From positions 1 to 64,000 of the forward strand of contig NW_027191407.1 in assembly GCF_041146345.1 (NCBI RefSeq): DNA of 64,000 nt, given 5' to 3'. The first letter of the stretch is position 1; the number at the start of each line of letters is the position of its first letter. Positions 32,963 to 44,155 of this stretch are shown here, one piece after another. The stretch comes from Neodothiora populina (Eukaryota). The notes below the pieces were generated by a model. That model did not search any database, was not told the origin of the DNA, and saw only the letters and a program-made list of their open reading frames with translations. The position numbers and the translations under genes were made by a program.

Positions 32963-34606
32963 ATGCCCCCATCCAGAAAGCGTACTGCAGCTGTTGTAGA
33001 GGCCTCAAAGGCGAAGAAGTCTAAGAAGTCGCAACCAGCTATTCATGAGATTACTACTGCTATCGTCAAAGATGCAGTAACACCAAAGGCCTTGGAAATC
33101 AAGCTCAGAAGGGCTCCTATAAATCCAATATCTACCCCCCCAATTCCCTCTGCAAAGGTGTTTCTAGAGGCATTGGGGCCGGCCCCAATTCCCCTTTCTT
33201 CTCCACCTACTAAACAAGACATTGAGGATCAAGATACGGACTCAGAGATAGACGAGATTGAGAGGCAACGACAGCATGATCTCGATACACAAGTTATAGA
33301 TCAGCAAATACAAGAGAGGCTTGCAGATCTGTCTCCGTCACTACGTACTCAATCTCCACTACGTACTCAATCTCAATGGGAGACACAGCTAGCTACAGCA
33401 GCAAGTGACACACTAGCTACGCTCGAGGAGAGAGAACCTCGAATCGAGTATGATTCTCATTGGAAAGCAAGCTGTTTGAGTGAGGTTATTGCTCTTTGTT
33501 CAAGCTTTCTTTGTATAGATGAAAGCAATACACTCTTGCGGATCAACCAATGGTTGGATAAAGAGCTTATTGAGCATCCAATGCGTGTCTTCACTGATCG
33601 CAAGATACAAGGAACTGCTACCTACGAGCGTTGTACTGCAAGTAACCGGTTTACAAGGACATTAAGGTGTTCTCAGGATTATGAGATGCTTACAACAGCT
33701 ATCAAAAGGTGGCATAAAGAGAAGAGGAAAGGATTCCAAGTCAATATTGTCATACAGCTCGTAGAGGTCCAAACTACCCCTTCTATAGTTGATCTAACGT
33801 TTCCAGACTCGAGAACAAAGAGAGCTTCAGCTACAGACAGCCAGAAGATGAGAATAAGCTCTCAATTACAGTCAGATCGCGACCTACAGAGGTATACTGC
33901 AGATCTTACTACTCAATGGGCTTGTACAATCCAAGGATGTCCGAATATCCAGAGCTGGTGCTAGTTTCCAGGTGGTCAGAACACTCCAGAAGGTCATTGC
34001 AAGCTACTTTCTGAGGACATAACTCGCTGGAGCGAAGACATAACTACTAGTCAGGCGACTATTGCAACTCCAAGAGATACCCTTATTCATCGCCTTGCAA
34101 CTCGAAAAGCATTGTCTAAAGGCAAGGGCAAGGGAAAAGAGGTATCAGAACAACCTCTGCAGCAGCAACCTATACCATGGTTATCGCCATACTACATGCC
34201 TCAGATGCATCAAATGCATCCACTATATCAACAACCTCAATACCCCTCCTAATATCCACCATATCCGCCAGCTCCGGTATCTCCGGCAGCCCCTTTAGCA
34301 TCTCCAGCACCTCCAGCACCTCCAGCACCTCAAGTATGCCTCCCCTCATCGCCAGTCAATTCAGATACAGTAGCGGATAATCTATTACAGGAGTTCTTCC
34401 AATGGCTCTCTACAACTGGAAGGTTCAGGGGACAGGAAGAGGTACTTGAAAAGATTGAATACTCGATTCAAGAGGAGGCCTTTGATCTTGATACAATAAA
34501 GGACATTGATCAGCAGATGTGGAAAGACTAGTCGTACAAGATGGGATTCCTTAAGCGTATACAGAAGGAGGTTCATTAATTCAAGATATGGAGAAAGAGT
34601 AGATAG
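32963..34606 (+). pseudogene. Transposon second (cargo) ORF, 547 codons with 4 in-frame stops
   Basis: The frame continues past TAG 33962, TAA 34250, TAG 34529 and TAA 34577 without frameshift. Contains W.C....C.N....C*......H, a Pro-rich linker and a helical C-terminal domain. Confidence 0.75.
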
Positions 34607-34656
34607 CTATTCTACATAGAGAGCTATTCTGTAGGTACATATCCACAGCTGCGGAA

Positions 34657-35598
34657 TCAAGCTTCTGCATGTCGTCCACCAGCTTGCTCAATTGCAAAGA
34701 GTAGGAAGCATCCAAAGTCATTGAAATTGCTTGCAAGGATAATGTGTCGCTTGATCCATGCTTTCAAGGTTCCAAAGGACAGCTCAATTGGATTGAGATC
34801 TGGTGAGGATGGCGGTAGATACTCGATATAGCAGCCAAAACTCCGAATAAGCTCTCGTACAGCTGGTGATCTATGGATAGCTGCATTATCCATAATTATG
34901 ATCGATCCAGTAGGTAGCTGCTGTAAGACACTGTTTTCAAGCCAGTTGACAAAGAGCTCAGCAGTTATAGAACCTTGATACACCATTGGATTCGGAAGCC
35001 AGCCAGTTATAGTCATAGCCGGCAGTATGCTCCATCTCTCGCTTCTTATGATACTCTCAATGTCTACGCATTGTATGCCTTTTGGTGACCATCCATATTT
35101 ACGAGATCCAGTACGTTCGTTGGATGCGCTTTCGTCTATAAAGACAAGTCGCTCTGCATCCCACTCACAAGCTCTTGATTTGTAGAAATCACGAAGCTCT
35201 TGACTACGCTCAGCAGCTCGCTTACTCGCTTTCTTCCTTGACCATTTCCTCCTTTGCAAGATATCCCATACAGTCTGAGGGGCGACAGCGACGTTGAATT
35301 CATCAATTGCAAAGGAGCTCACTTCGTCAAGATATGCTGTTGGACGGCCATTTAGGTACTCACAGAGCTTGAGCTCTTGCTCTAGCGACAGAAGAGCTTT
35401 TCGACCTCTTTTTCTTCGTGTAATCGTAGGGTATATCTCTCCAAAGTGTCGTAGATTCCTACGATATCTATATACCGTAGATATATGGAGTCCAGTATGC
35501 TCAGCAATGTCCTTTGCATCCATATTATGGACCTCTATGAGGTATTTGACTTGTTCCAGTATTGCAGGAGGCGCCGCGCGACCGCTATTCTTAGACAT
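34657..35598 (-). CDS. IS630/Tc1-family DD34E transposase (probably truncated about 11 codons early by TGG>TGA)
   Basis: N-terminal HTH (AKDIAEHTGLHISTVYR); FIDES; IMDNAAIH-x-LPPSSPDLNPIE with D-34-E spacing. After the stop the frame reads FRSCGY to TAG at 34624. Confidence 0.93.
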   Translation of the reverse strand: MSKNSGRAAPPAILEQVKYLIEVHNMDAKDIAEHTGLHISTVYRYRRNLRHFGEIYPTITRRKRGRKALLSLEQELKLCEYLNGRPTAYLDEVSSFAIDEFNVAVAPQTVWDILQRRKWSRKKASKRAAERSQELRDFYKSRACEWDAERLVFIDESASNERTGSRKYGWSPKGIQCVDIESIIRSERWSILPAMTITGWLPNPMVYQGSITAELFVNWLENSVLQQLPTGSIIIMDNAAIHRSPAVRELIRSFGCYIEYLPPSSPDLNPIELSFGTLKAWIKRHIILASNFNDFGCFLLFAIEQAGGRHAEA

Positions 35599-36353
35599 AA
35601 CTGATACACCTTTTTTACGTCTACAGGAGTCTATACCAGCGACACGAAATTGGATTTGATAAGGTGGAGGCTCTATATTCTCTGCTATTAACTGCTATTC
35701 ACCCCCCATCTGGCATCTCTCACCAGATTCTGGTGTGTGAAGCCAATCCATGTGTGATGCATGGTCCGAGCTTCAGATTCGCAGCTTTTACCGGAACGAC
35801 TGTAGTATCGCGCTTAGATAATGCTCCTCTCCATCACGCTAAGCTAATCGACCGCTCAGTACGAGCATTGCCCTTGTGACTCTTCTGTTATACTGCCTTT
35901 CCCCTTAGCGCTTTCTGGTCTACCAAACGCTCTGAAGAACCTGAAGACAAGTTCTTAGAGGTAGGCATAATACCCGATTGTACAGTATATGAGCGCTGAA
36001 AGCTGTATTGTATGCATTAGCAGCACGACCTATGTAGATCACTAAAAGTGCTGTAGAATTAGAATGCTCGAATCAAGGCCCTCAAAGTCCTCAAAGCCAG
36101 TCTCGGAGGTAGGGAGGAACGAGCGGCTTGGTTTGTCTATGCTAAGCCAGACAGGGTTTTGAGAGGCTCTTCCGATCACCATAAACCTCGACAAGACCTG
36201 CATTATTGGGAGTCGCCTGGATCGAGACGTTGCTTGATTCCCTAGTCGATGCACTTCGAGTAGTCCTTGTTGAGTGCAGCAAGGCCGATCCAGGCTGTGT
36301 GCATGTTTTCACTCCATCAATGATGGCTGCAATTGCTCAAGAGGGGGACTCTA

Positions 36354-37970
36354 TCAGTCCCAATACCCTTCCATCGCCCTCTCCCCCTGATGCTTATAAA
36401 GCACCCCCCACATTGCCCCGCCATCAACATCCAGCCCCGCCCCATCAGCCAACTCCCGCGCCTCCTCGAGCATCTCATCCAAACCCTCCTCATACTCCTC
36501 GAGCAAATCCTTCAGCGGTCCGACCATGGCCCGGAACTCGGCCTCGCGCGTCGCTTGCTGCCGGGCCTGTGTGACGACTTTATGCGCTTTGAAGACTGCG
36601 AGCAGCGAGTCGTGCGCGAGGGAGGGATCGTAGGCTGGGTTTTTGGTTGCCGAGGGCGTGGACAGGTCGGTCCAGAGGTTGTTAGAGTCGAGGATGTGCG
36701 TGCGGAGATGGAGGCGTGCGAGGTGGAGGTGGGCGGGTAGATAGTGGAGTTTGGAGCTCAGGGTCAGCCAGGCCAGGGAGGCAAGGTAGCGGGAGAGAGG
36801 GGTGGAGATGGCGGATGCGTAGTGGGTTATGTCTGCGCTGTGGTCTTCTGTTATCGAGGGCTGAAAGAGGGCTGTGGTCACAAAGTGGTGGATGCGTGAG
36901 AGCAAGGTCGGGTTCGGTGATGATGATGCGAAAGAGTCCGGGGCGGGCGGCGCGGGCGTGTTGGCGTAGTATTCCCCCAGATTGTACGCTGCTCTGTGGT
37001 GTCCTGTTGCCGCGGCTTTGGTCATGTTGTACAGCCAGTCCATGGTGTATTCGCCGCCGGTAAAGGTAAAGTCAAGGTTCGCGAGCATGTTGTGCGCCAT
37101 CGGGTCGCCTTGGTCGATGCCCACCATGTATGCCTCGATGGCTTTGCGTCTGTTGTTCCGTCGCAGGTGCAGGATGCCCAGTTCCATCCACGGCGAGGAG
37201 AACTCGTCGAGGATGTTGATCACTCTCTCGCCCGGCGCGGCGTTCAGGTACATGTCGACGGCGTTCTGGTAGAGGGTTATAGCCTGGTCCGGGTCGCCTT
37301 TTCGCTCGGCCAGTTTCCCGCTCAGAACCATCGCTCGTAGGTTGCCCGCTTGACACAGATCGCGCAGTCGCTCTTGGCTCTGGAGAGACTCTCTGTAGCG
37401 AAGCACACCTGGATTGACAAGGTCCTGTCGCAGATGAGAGGCTACCGTCTGGATAGTGGCCTCGGCGTGGCCGGCTCGATCGCAGCATCGGATCAGGTAT
37501 CGACCGAGTTTCGCCTGTGCCGGAGTGCCCAGGTTGCGGAGGATGAACGTGGCATGATAGATCTCGTCGACGCTAACTCCATTGACCTTGAGCTGGCGAT
37601 TGAAGTCCTCCTGCGTCTTGGGCGAAGCCTCGAACACCATGACGAAATAAGCCATGGGGTTGCTCAGCCGCATGACCAGTTCCGTGTTTCCTTGGAAGAT
37701 CCAGACTTTGGACTCGAGCGATAGATCTTCTGCTGAGTCTGCCAGAGACTTGAGGATCTCTTCCGTGTGCGCCTTGCCCGCTTTTACCTCTGGCGTGATG
37801 ACTCGCGGCTGTGATTGCCAGGCCTTGTCCCTCGTCGAGGGTGCCTTGCGCGCGGCCACGCGGGCGAACCGTTTCTGTGCGCCGACATAGCTACATCTGT
37901 GAGTACACGAGACGCAAGTGTCAAGGGCAGACAAACGCCGTGAGAGATGCAGAGGGACGCGGGTGGTCAT
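36354..37970 (-). CDS. Putative mitochondrial Sel1/TPR-like repeat protein
   Basis: 538-aa ORF; Arg-rich presequence-like N-terminus; AITLYQNA, AIEAYMVG, KAAATGHHRAAYNLGEYY helical repeats. Confidence 0.7.
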   Translation of the reverse strand: MTTRVPLHLSRRLSALDTCVSCTHRCSYVGAQKRFARVAARKAPSTRDKAWQSQPRVITPEVKAGKAHTEEILKSLADSAEDLSLESKVWIFQGNTELVMRLSNPMAYFVMVFEASPKTQEDFNRQLKVNGVSVDEIYHATFILRNLGTPAQAKLGRYLIRCCDRAGHAEATIQTVASHLRQDLVNPGVLRYRESLQSQERLRDLCQAGNLRAMVLSGKLAERKGDPDQAITLYQNAVDMYLNAAPGERVINILDEFSSPWMELGILHLRRNNRRKAIEAYMVGIDQGDPMAHNMLANLDFTFTGGEYTMDWLYNMTKAAATGHHRAAYNLGEYYANTPAPPAPDSFASSSPNPTLLSRIHHFVTTALFQPSITEDHSADITHYASAISTPLSRYLASLAWLTLSSKLHYLPAHLHLARLHLRTHILDSNNLWTDLSTPSATKNPAYDPSLAHDSLLAVFKAHKVVTQARQQATREAEFRAMVGPLKDLLEEYEEGLDEMLEEARELADGAGLDVDGGAMWGVLYKHQGERAMEGYWD

Positions 37971-38309
37971 GATCTTTGCTATCTATCGGTCGTGGGCCGT
38001 GTCCAATTACTGTATCCGGTGTCGTGATATCCGATATATTTCTCCATCTCGGCCCGCGAGTCAGTCGCTGAAGCTTCGACCGTGCCAAGATTTCCACTCC
38101 TCCACCCCCACAGTCAGGGTCCGGGCGGCTTGACTCTCGTCTCGTCTTTCCACTTGACTTGATTATTCTTCTTCATCACTGCTTGATCTAAACACTCAGT
38201 AGCCATCCACCGCATCGTCAAAGTGCTGTCCTGTACATTGGTATCACCTTCTCGCATCTCGCCTTCTCCGCTCTACAGCGAGTGAGCGACCAGTGACTCC
38301 GCGCCCAGC

Positions 38310-40385
38310 ATGGCGCCCGTCACGAGTTCCGCAATCAGTGCGTTCTTTCCATGCATCTCCGATGCGCCTGTTTCGGTCCGCGTTCGCTGACAAGCACCTT
38401 CCCGACTCACAGACAAGTCCAAGACCGTCGCCCCTAAAGCCATAGCCCGTCGGCGACCCGCAGCTCCACCCCCTTCGGCCGCCATAGAGACTCACCAGAC
38501 ATCCTCTGTCGAGCTTCCTCCTGCTGCTCCTGCCGCTCCTGCTGCTCCTGCCGCTGCTACCCCGGCCGCAACAGAATCTATCGCTGATCAACAAGCTCCA
38601 CTGCCCTCGGCTTCGACCAGCCCATCACAGAAGGATCGCCATGCTTCACCACACGTTTCGACTTCGGCCGACACTCTCCCTGCTGAGGCAGAGGCACCTG
38701 CATCTCCGCCTCCGACTCGCTCATCCCCTGTCACTTTGGCCGGCTCGAAACGAAAGCGAGCACCTCCTCAGCCCACCCCGGCAGCATCGCATCAGACCGA
38801 GCCCGCAGAAACGCCAGTGCTGCACACGCAGGAAACGCAAGAGACGAATCAGACTGGCGCAATAGATGAGCAGATTGTCAGTGAAGGGCCATCTGTACGC
38901 GACACCACCGAAGCAGCCAATCCTGTCGCCGCTCCTGTCGCCGCTCCTGTCGCCCAGATGATATCACCGGAAAGAGCAAGGACCATGAGGAGCCGCCGTG
39001 CCCCTCTGGTTGCTGATGCGCTTCCGACCGCTGGCAGTCCGTCTCGAGCAAAGCGACAGAAGAATGCTCCAGCCCAAGAAACCGGATCTGGTACCGCGGA
39101 CACGATTACAAACGGCGCCGAGCACTCTGTTGACGATGCACATACTTCAATAGAACAGCCAGACCCAACAGCAAGCCGTCCCACACCCAAGCCGAGGAAA
39201 GCGAGAGCAAAGAGACAACCAAAGTCTGCGGCGCGAGTGGTCGAGGAAGGAGCTGACAATGGCGTTGAAGAGGCACAGGAAAACACTGCTGCTGGGCCTA
39301 CTGAGCAAAGGCAGAGGCTCTCTCAAGATCAAGACGACGGAGAGGCAGGCCCGTCCACTCAGCGCAAGCCTCGACAGGCACGGAAATCCAGCGAACCGAG
39401 CAAGAGAAAGAAAAAGGACCCTAGAGAAGCCGTCCGCGAGACTGAAGGTGTGGATGATCCGGAGCTCCACGAAATTGACCCGAATGCCGTGACCATGTCT
39501 GATTTGACACGAGATCGAGGCTTGGGCAAGCAGTCTGAAAGAGAAACCAAGATGGCCGGGATAGATTGGGAAGAGGTGGCACGCAAGAGGCTAGAGGCAG
39601 CCGAAGCCATCAGAGCTGGTATTGCGCTGAACCCCGATGGAGCACCCACTAAGACCAGCGAGAGGCAAGAAGACGGCACCGAGGACACGCCTGGCCCAGC
39701 ACGCAATGCTCCGTCCGGCCCAAGATTGCGTCTGGATGCAGAGGGCAACTTGGTGGTCGTGGAAGACACAATCCGCATCGATCGGCAAGCGCAAGCCGAA
39801 GCCAACGCGGCAAACCTAGTGATAACAGAAGAGGACGATCTGACTAGGCGTGTAAACCAGATGTCGTGGATCGGTGATAGGAAGAAAGATCCGACAGAGC
39901 GCTTGCCCTTCTTCAAAATGAAGAGCGATCCGTGGAGCTTCGAGGAGACAGACCGCTTCTACGACGCGCTCAAGATGTTCGGCACCGATTTCTTCATTAT
40001 CAGTAAAATGTTTCCACCGAAGACGCGGCGTCAGATCAAACTCAAGTTCATCCGTGAGGAAAGACTCGATCCAGACCGCGTCAACCGTGCATTGTCGGGA
40101 GAAAGCACGGTACCCATGTCTCTGGATCATTTCGCCGAAGCCACTGGTCAGGACATTGACAACTTCAAGGATCCGCGTGCGCTCGAGGAAGAGCTCCGAC
40201 AAGCGGGCGAGGAGCAGAGAGTCGAGATCGCGCGGAAGAAGAAGGAAATCGACGAGGCCAAGCATCAACGCGATATCCAGGTGGCGGCTCGGGAGAAGGA
40301 GCAGGCGGAAAGAGCACAGATCCGCAAGAACAAGGCGATGCAGCGCAGAGGAAGGAGGGGCATCCAAGGCACGGGCGCTTTTTGA
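38310..40385 (+). CDS. BDP1: TFIIIB B'' subunit Bdp1 (1 intron, ~38338-38412)
   Basis: SANT/Myb W..EETDRFYDALKMFGTDF..IS.MFP.KTRRQIKLKF.REER; spliced N-terminus MAPVTSSAINKSKTVAPKA is in frame. Confidence 0.92.
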
Positions 40386-40840
40386 GATGGGTACCTATCT
40401 TGCTGTTGTTGCATGCGGCGTGCTGGACTCACTGTCTTTACTACTAAAAAAATTTACTTGTTTACGATACCCTACGCCAAGACAAGCACATTTGCATTTC
40501 TGTTGTGTCTTTTGACTTCAACTTCTCTGTACCACTCTACTCTCCCTCCAAGTCTACAAAGAGGAGACCTCCTGTCTGAGCGTCTACAAATCGAGAGCAT
40601 TACTAGACTACTTCCTGACGAGAGTAGGCGTGTATCTTTCAGTAGAAGGGAACATAAATGGAAGATCTCAAGTGTTAAAACGGGTATTGAGGCTTTGCTA
40701 TCATAGTCGTAGCATACATGTATTCATGACGGTTTCTTTCCTTGGGATTTTCTTACTTAAGGTACTTTCTCTATTCCCACATTTCCCGCGACTCCACAAC
40801 ATTACTATCGAATAAGTTTCGAATCTTGTTCTTTCGTGAT

Positions 40841-41038
40841 TGTCACGGTTTGGTCGTTGACCATCGTGACACCTGAGTTAGTATAGGTCACGTGACCTAT
40901 ACTCCTGACTCGTGGCTTCAACGCCGTACTTCCCTGTCCCCGACCTCGTACTGTCTTTCCTCCCTTGTCTACGTCTCGTCGTATAGCTTAGACCCATATC
41001 TACGTACTGATCTTTATTCCTGACTCCGAACCCTGACA
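40841..41038 (+). mobile_element. Solo LTR copy 1 (198 bp), 5-bp TSD GTGAT (strand arbitrary)
   Basis: TGTCA...TGACA termini; GTGAT on both flanks; two more copies nearby. Confidence 0.85.
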
Positions 41039-41054
41039 GTGATCCACTTTTGTT

Positions 41055-43143
41055 TTATTCCCACATAACACCCCGACACCGCGCGGCTCCACAGTGACAG
41101 GACACTGTTTGTTTCTTCTTGCCGCCGCTGCTTCCCAGAGTCCTTGTTGCTGAGTTGCTGTTAACAACATTGCCTTTACTAGATGCAGCAGCAGCAGCAT
41201 CAGCAGCGCCGGTACCTCTTCGTCCTGATCCTCGTTCCCACATCGCCAAATCTTCGTCTTCTATGGATGTATCATCCTCGTTTACGTCTTCTTCTTCATC
41301 ATCAACATCCGGATCAACATAATCAAAAGTCAACTCCTCCCCCTTCTCGATATCCTCAAGCGCGAAAAACGCAAGATCGTAGATCCTTTGATCGGATTTA
41401 TTGTAACTCACCGTGAACAATCTGCAGTTTGGTTCGCACGAGTGGTTGATGTAGCGCGTAGGCCCGCCGATCAGAGTAGAGTCTGCGACGTAACAGTCTT
41501 TCTGGCGTGGGGGTCCGCCGTCTGAGAAGGCGGGGTATTCCGACTTCGCCTCTGCTTCTTTGTCGTTGGGGTCCGAGATCATGTGTTTGTCGAGCCAGAA
41601 GAGATAGCTGGACGCCGACGTCTGGAGCGTTTCTCGGCGGTCGGCTTCTTCGTCCGTGATCAATTCGCCTAGGTATTTGTCTATAAATTGACCTTTTCGG
41701 AGCGGCTCGAGGGCTCGTAGACCTGTCATAAATGATCAGTCGTGAAAAGCGAAGATTTGATAGGAATTCCGTGGGGTTTTTGCCTCTAATGAGGCACCAA
41801 ACACTGTGGAAAGTGGCGTGCGCCGGAACTTACCAAACCCTCGATTCGCAGTCTTGAATATCTCCAGATCAACTTTCCTTCCAAACTGCACATTTCGCGT
41901 CTTGCATTTCGGGCCACACCGGCACTTATGATTGCACTCGTAAATCACATATCGCGACTCCAGATAGAATCTGTCGAGACAACCAGCCCGTGGGCCCGTA
42001 TTGATGTATGGAAACCTCTTCGGTAGACCCGTCGTATCTGTTGATCTATCGACCAAATAAACTTCATAGATCGCTTGTTGCGACTCGGTCATTGCCTTTG
42101 AGGGATCCGGCTCGGCATATTCCAAGCAGTCACATTTCTGGGTATACTCGCAGCCGCGCCGTGCTCCCATGTCCGGCTTGCATTTACTGCAGCCCAGGAT
42201 CGTCTCGTCATCCATCTTTGACACGCCTTGCCCAAGAACATAGTCTTGCACCCAACGGAAATGCAACGACGGCGTTTCCAAATCGAGATTGTTACAGAAG
42301 GTCAATTTCGCTGGTCCGGGCAGCCGAGAAATCTGCTTGAGGAACACCAGACGGATCTGCCATAGAGCTGCGTAGACGGATGTGTTGCTTGCTTCGGACA
42401 ACATTGCTGCATCGGGCAACGATGACACGTTCATGATGTGAGGAATTGATGGGTCAGAGACGTGGCTTTCCTTCGCAATGAGATGTCCTGCTTTACGCTG
42501 TAGAATGCCATTGTAGACTTCGTGTCGTGCAGATTTGCTACTAGATACCGATGAATAGCTGCTATCCTTGCTATAGCCGCTCGATGCAGATGATGATAGA
42601 TCGCCATCATCGAGCAACTTGCGTTTGCGTCCACCCTTCCTGTCTTTGCTGTTATTGGTGTTGTCGTTTTTGGCATCATTAATAGGAGTGGTTGGAGGTG
42701 GTCTGTGCGCTATATCAGAATCGCATTGTCGCGACAGAACATAAACAAGAAACAAAATGGGCTTCCCGGATCTTTACCATTGAAAAGGAATGAGACATAC
42801 CTAGGTCCGGACAATGCTACTTTGACGTAGTCTTGCACCAGATGCAGACATTCACGTAATTCCTTGAGAGTATGCCACGAGATGACCGCGTTGTCGGGGT
42901 GGTTAGAATGCCATCTGACGAGGTATTGCTCGTGCTACATCACGAAAGAATCAGTGTTGTGCACGGTGAAATCTAAGCGCTGTATGATGCTTGTGATAGC
43001 TAGACTCACCCCGTGCAGCCGTCTATGGCAGATGATGGCATAGACCTGGGAAACGAGTTAGAGGTTGTCATGTTTCGCGTATAGATAATCTCGGTCCCTA
43101 CATTAGACGGTGATATGCGGTAATCTAAGAACGAAGGCGACAT
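41055..43143 (-). CDS. clr4: H3K9 methyltransferase, Clr4/DIM-5/KMT1 family, with N-terminal chromodomain-like region (exons approx 43143-43102, 43045-43010, 42934-42801, 42702-41834, 41722-41055)
   Basis: Cys-rich pre-SET (YECNHKCRCGPKC); SET motifs RGFGLRA, YLGELIT, RYINHSCEPN, ELTFDY; post-SET CHCGAARCRG. Upstream exons give AIICHR...YLVRW...SW...L..C..LV.DY. Confidence 0.88.
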
Positions 43144-43436
43144 GTCTATTGATCAGAGATGACTTTTATGCAGGAAATAGACCATGGATTGCGATTATAT
43201 TGTGTTAAAAGTGAAAGCTCAATCAGTTTGATAGGTCACATACAGTTATTATCTTATAGGCTACGATTGACCTATAAAGTGATAGCGAGAGTTTGGCAAA
43301 GAAGAAACACTCGGACCAATTCACTGCTTACTAAACGACTTGTTATACTCGGCACTTTGGGTTTTGGTTTTCTTGACAACATATTCTATAAATAGCTTAA
43401 TATATACCGTATTACTACTTAATATCTCTGGCTTTA

Positions 43437-43634
43437 TGTCAGGGTTCAGAGTCAGGAATAAAGATCAGTACGTAGATATGGGTCCAAGCTATATGACGAG
43501 ACGTAGACAGGGGAGGAAAGACAGTACGAGGTCGAGGACAGGGAAGTACGGCGTTGAAGCCACGAGTCAGGAGTATAGGTCACGTGACCTATACTAACTC
43601 AGGTGTCACGGTGGTCAACGACCAAACCGTGACA
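43437..43634 (-). mobile_element. Solo LTR copy 2 (198 bp), inverted relative to copies 1 and 3
   Basis: Reverse complement of 40841-41038 with a few substitutions. Confidence 0.85.
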
Positions 43635-43957
43635 TGCCAGGATCTATCTACAATGAAATCATGTGTCGTGTGTACTAGCCGACCAATAAAGCTTTGGCGA
43701 GGTTTAGATATTGGTGTAGATGGTCATTATAGCCTGTCTAATGACGAGTATCTATGACTCGGCTGTTGAACAAATGTAGTAAGGGCTGCTTACTATAGGT
43801 CACGAGATGCGCGTAGCGTGCTCGCGTTTCACTTGCAACTGCTGCTCGGGGTAGTACTTCAGTCCATAAAGAACACACCTTCGTCCGCCGAGTCTTTTGC
43901 AATAGGCGGCGATGTCTTCTCGGCGATAAAAATGCTAAAGCCAGAGATATTAAGTAG

Positions 43958-44155
43958 TGTCACGGTTTGGTCGTTAACCACCGAGACACCTGAGTTAGTA
44001 TAGGTCACGTGACCTATACTCCTGACTCGTGGCTTCAACGCCGTACTTCCCTGTCCTCGACCTCGTACTGTCTTTCCTCCCCTGTCTACGTCTCGTCATA
44101 TAGCTTAGACCCATATCTACGTACTGATCTTTATTCCTGACTCCGAACCCTGACA
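43958..44155 (+). mobile_element. Solo LTR copy 3 (198 bp)
   Basis: Near-identical to 40841-41038. Confidence 0.85.

Larger units (their letters stand above)
32759..35802. mobile_element. Tc1/mariner (IS630-like, DD34E) DNA transposon, 3044 bp, ~200-bp imperfect TIRs, TA TSD, two convergent genes
   Basis: TA|CAGTCGTTCCGG...CCGGAACGACTG|TA; the first 51 bp of the TIRs are perfect; transposase ORF inside. Confidence 0.95.

Noticed and set aside
40841..44155. A single LTR retroelement that captured the methyltransferase gene
   Set aside because: LTR1 has its own GTGAT TSD on both sides, the outer flanks do not match, the gene retains its introns, and no gag/pol is present.
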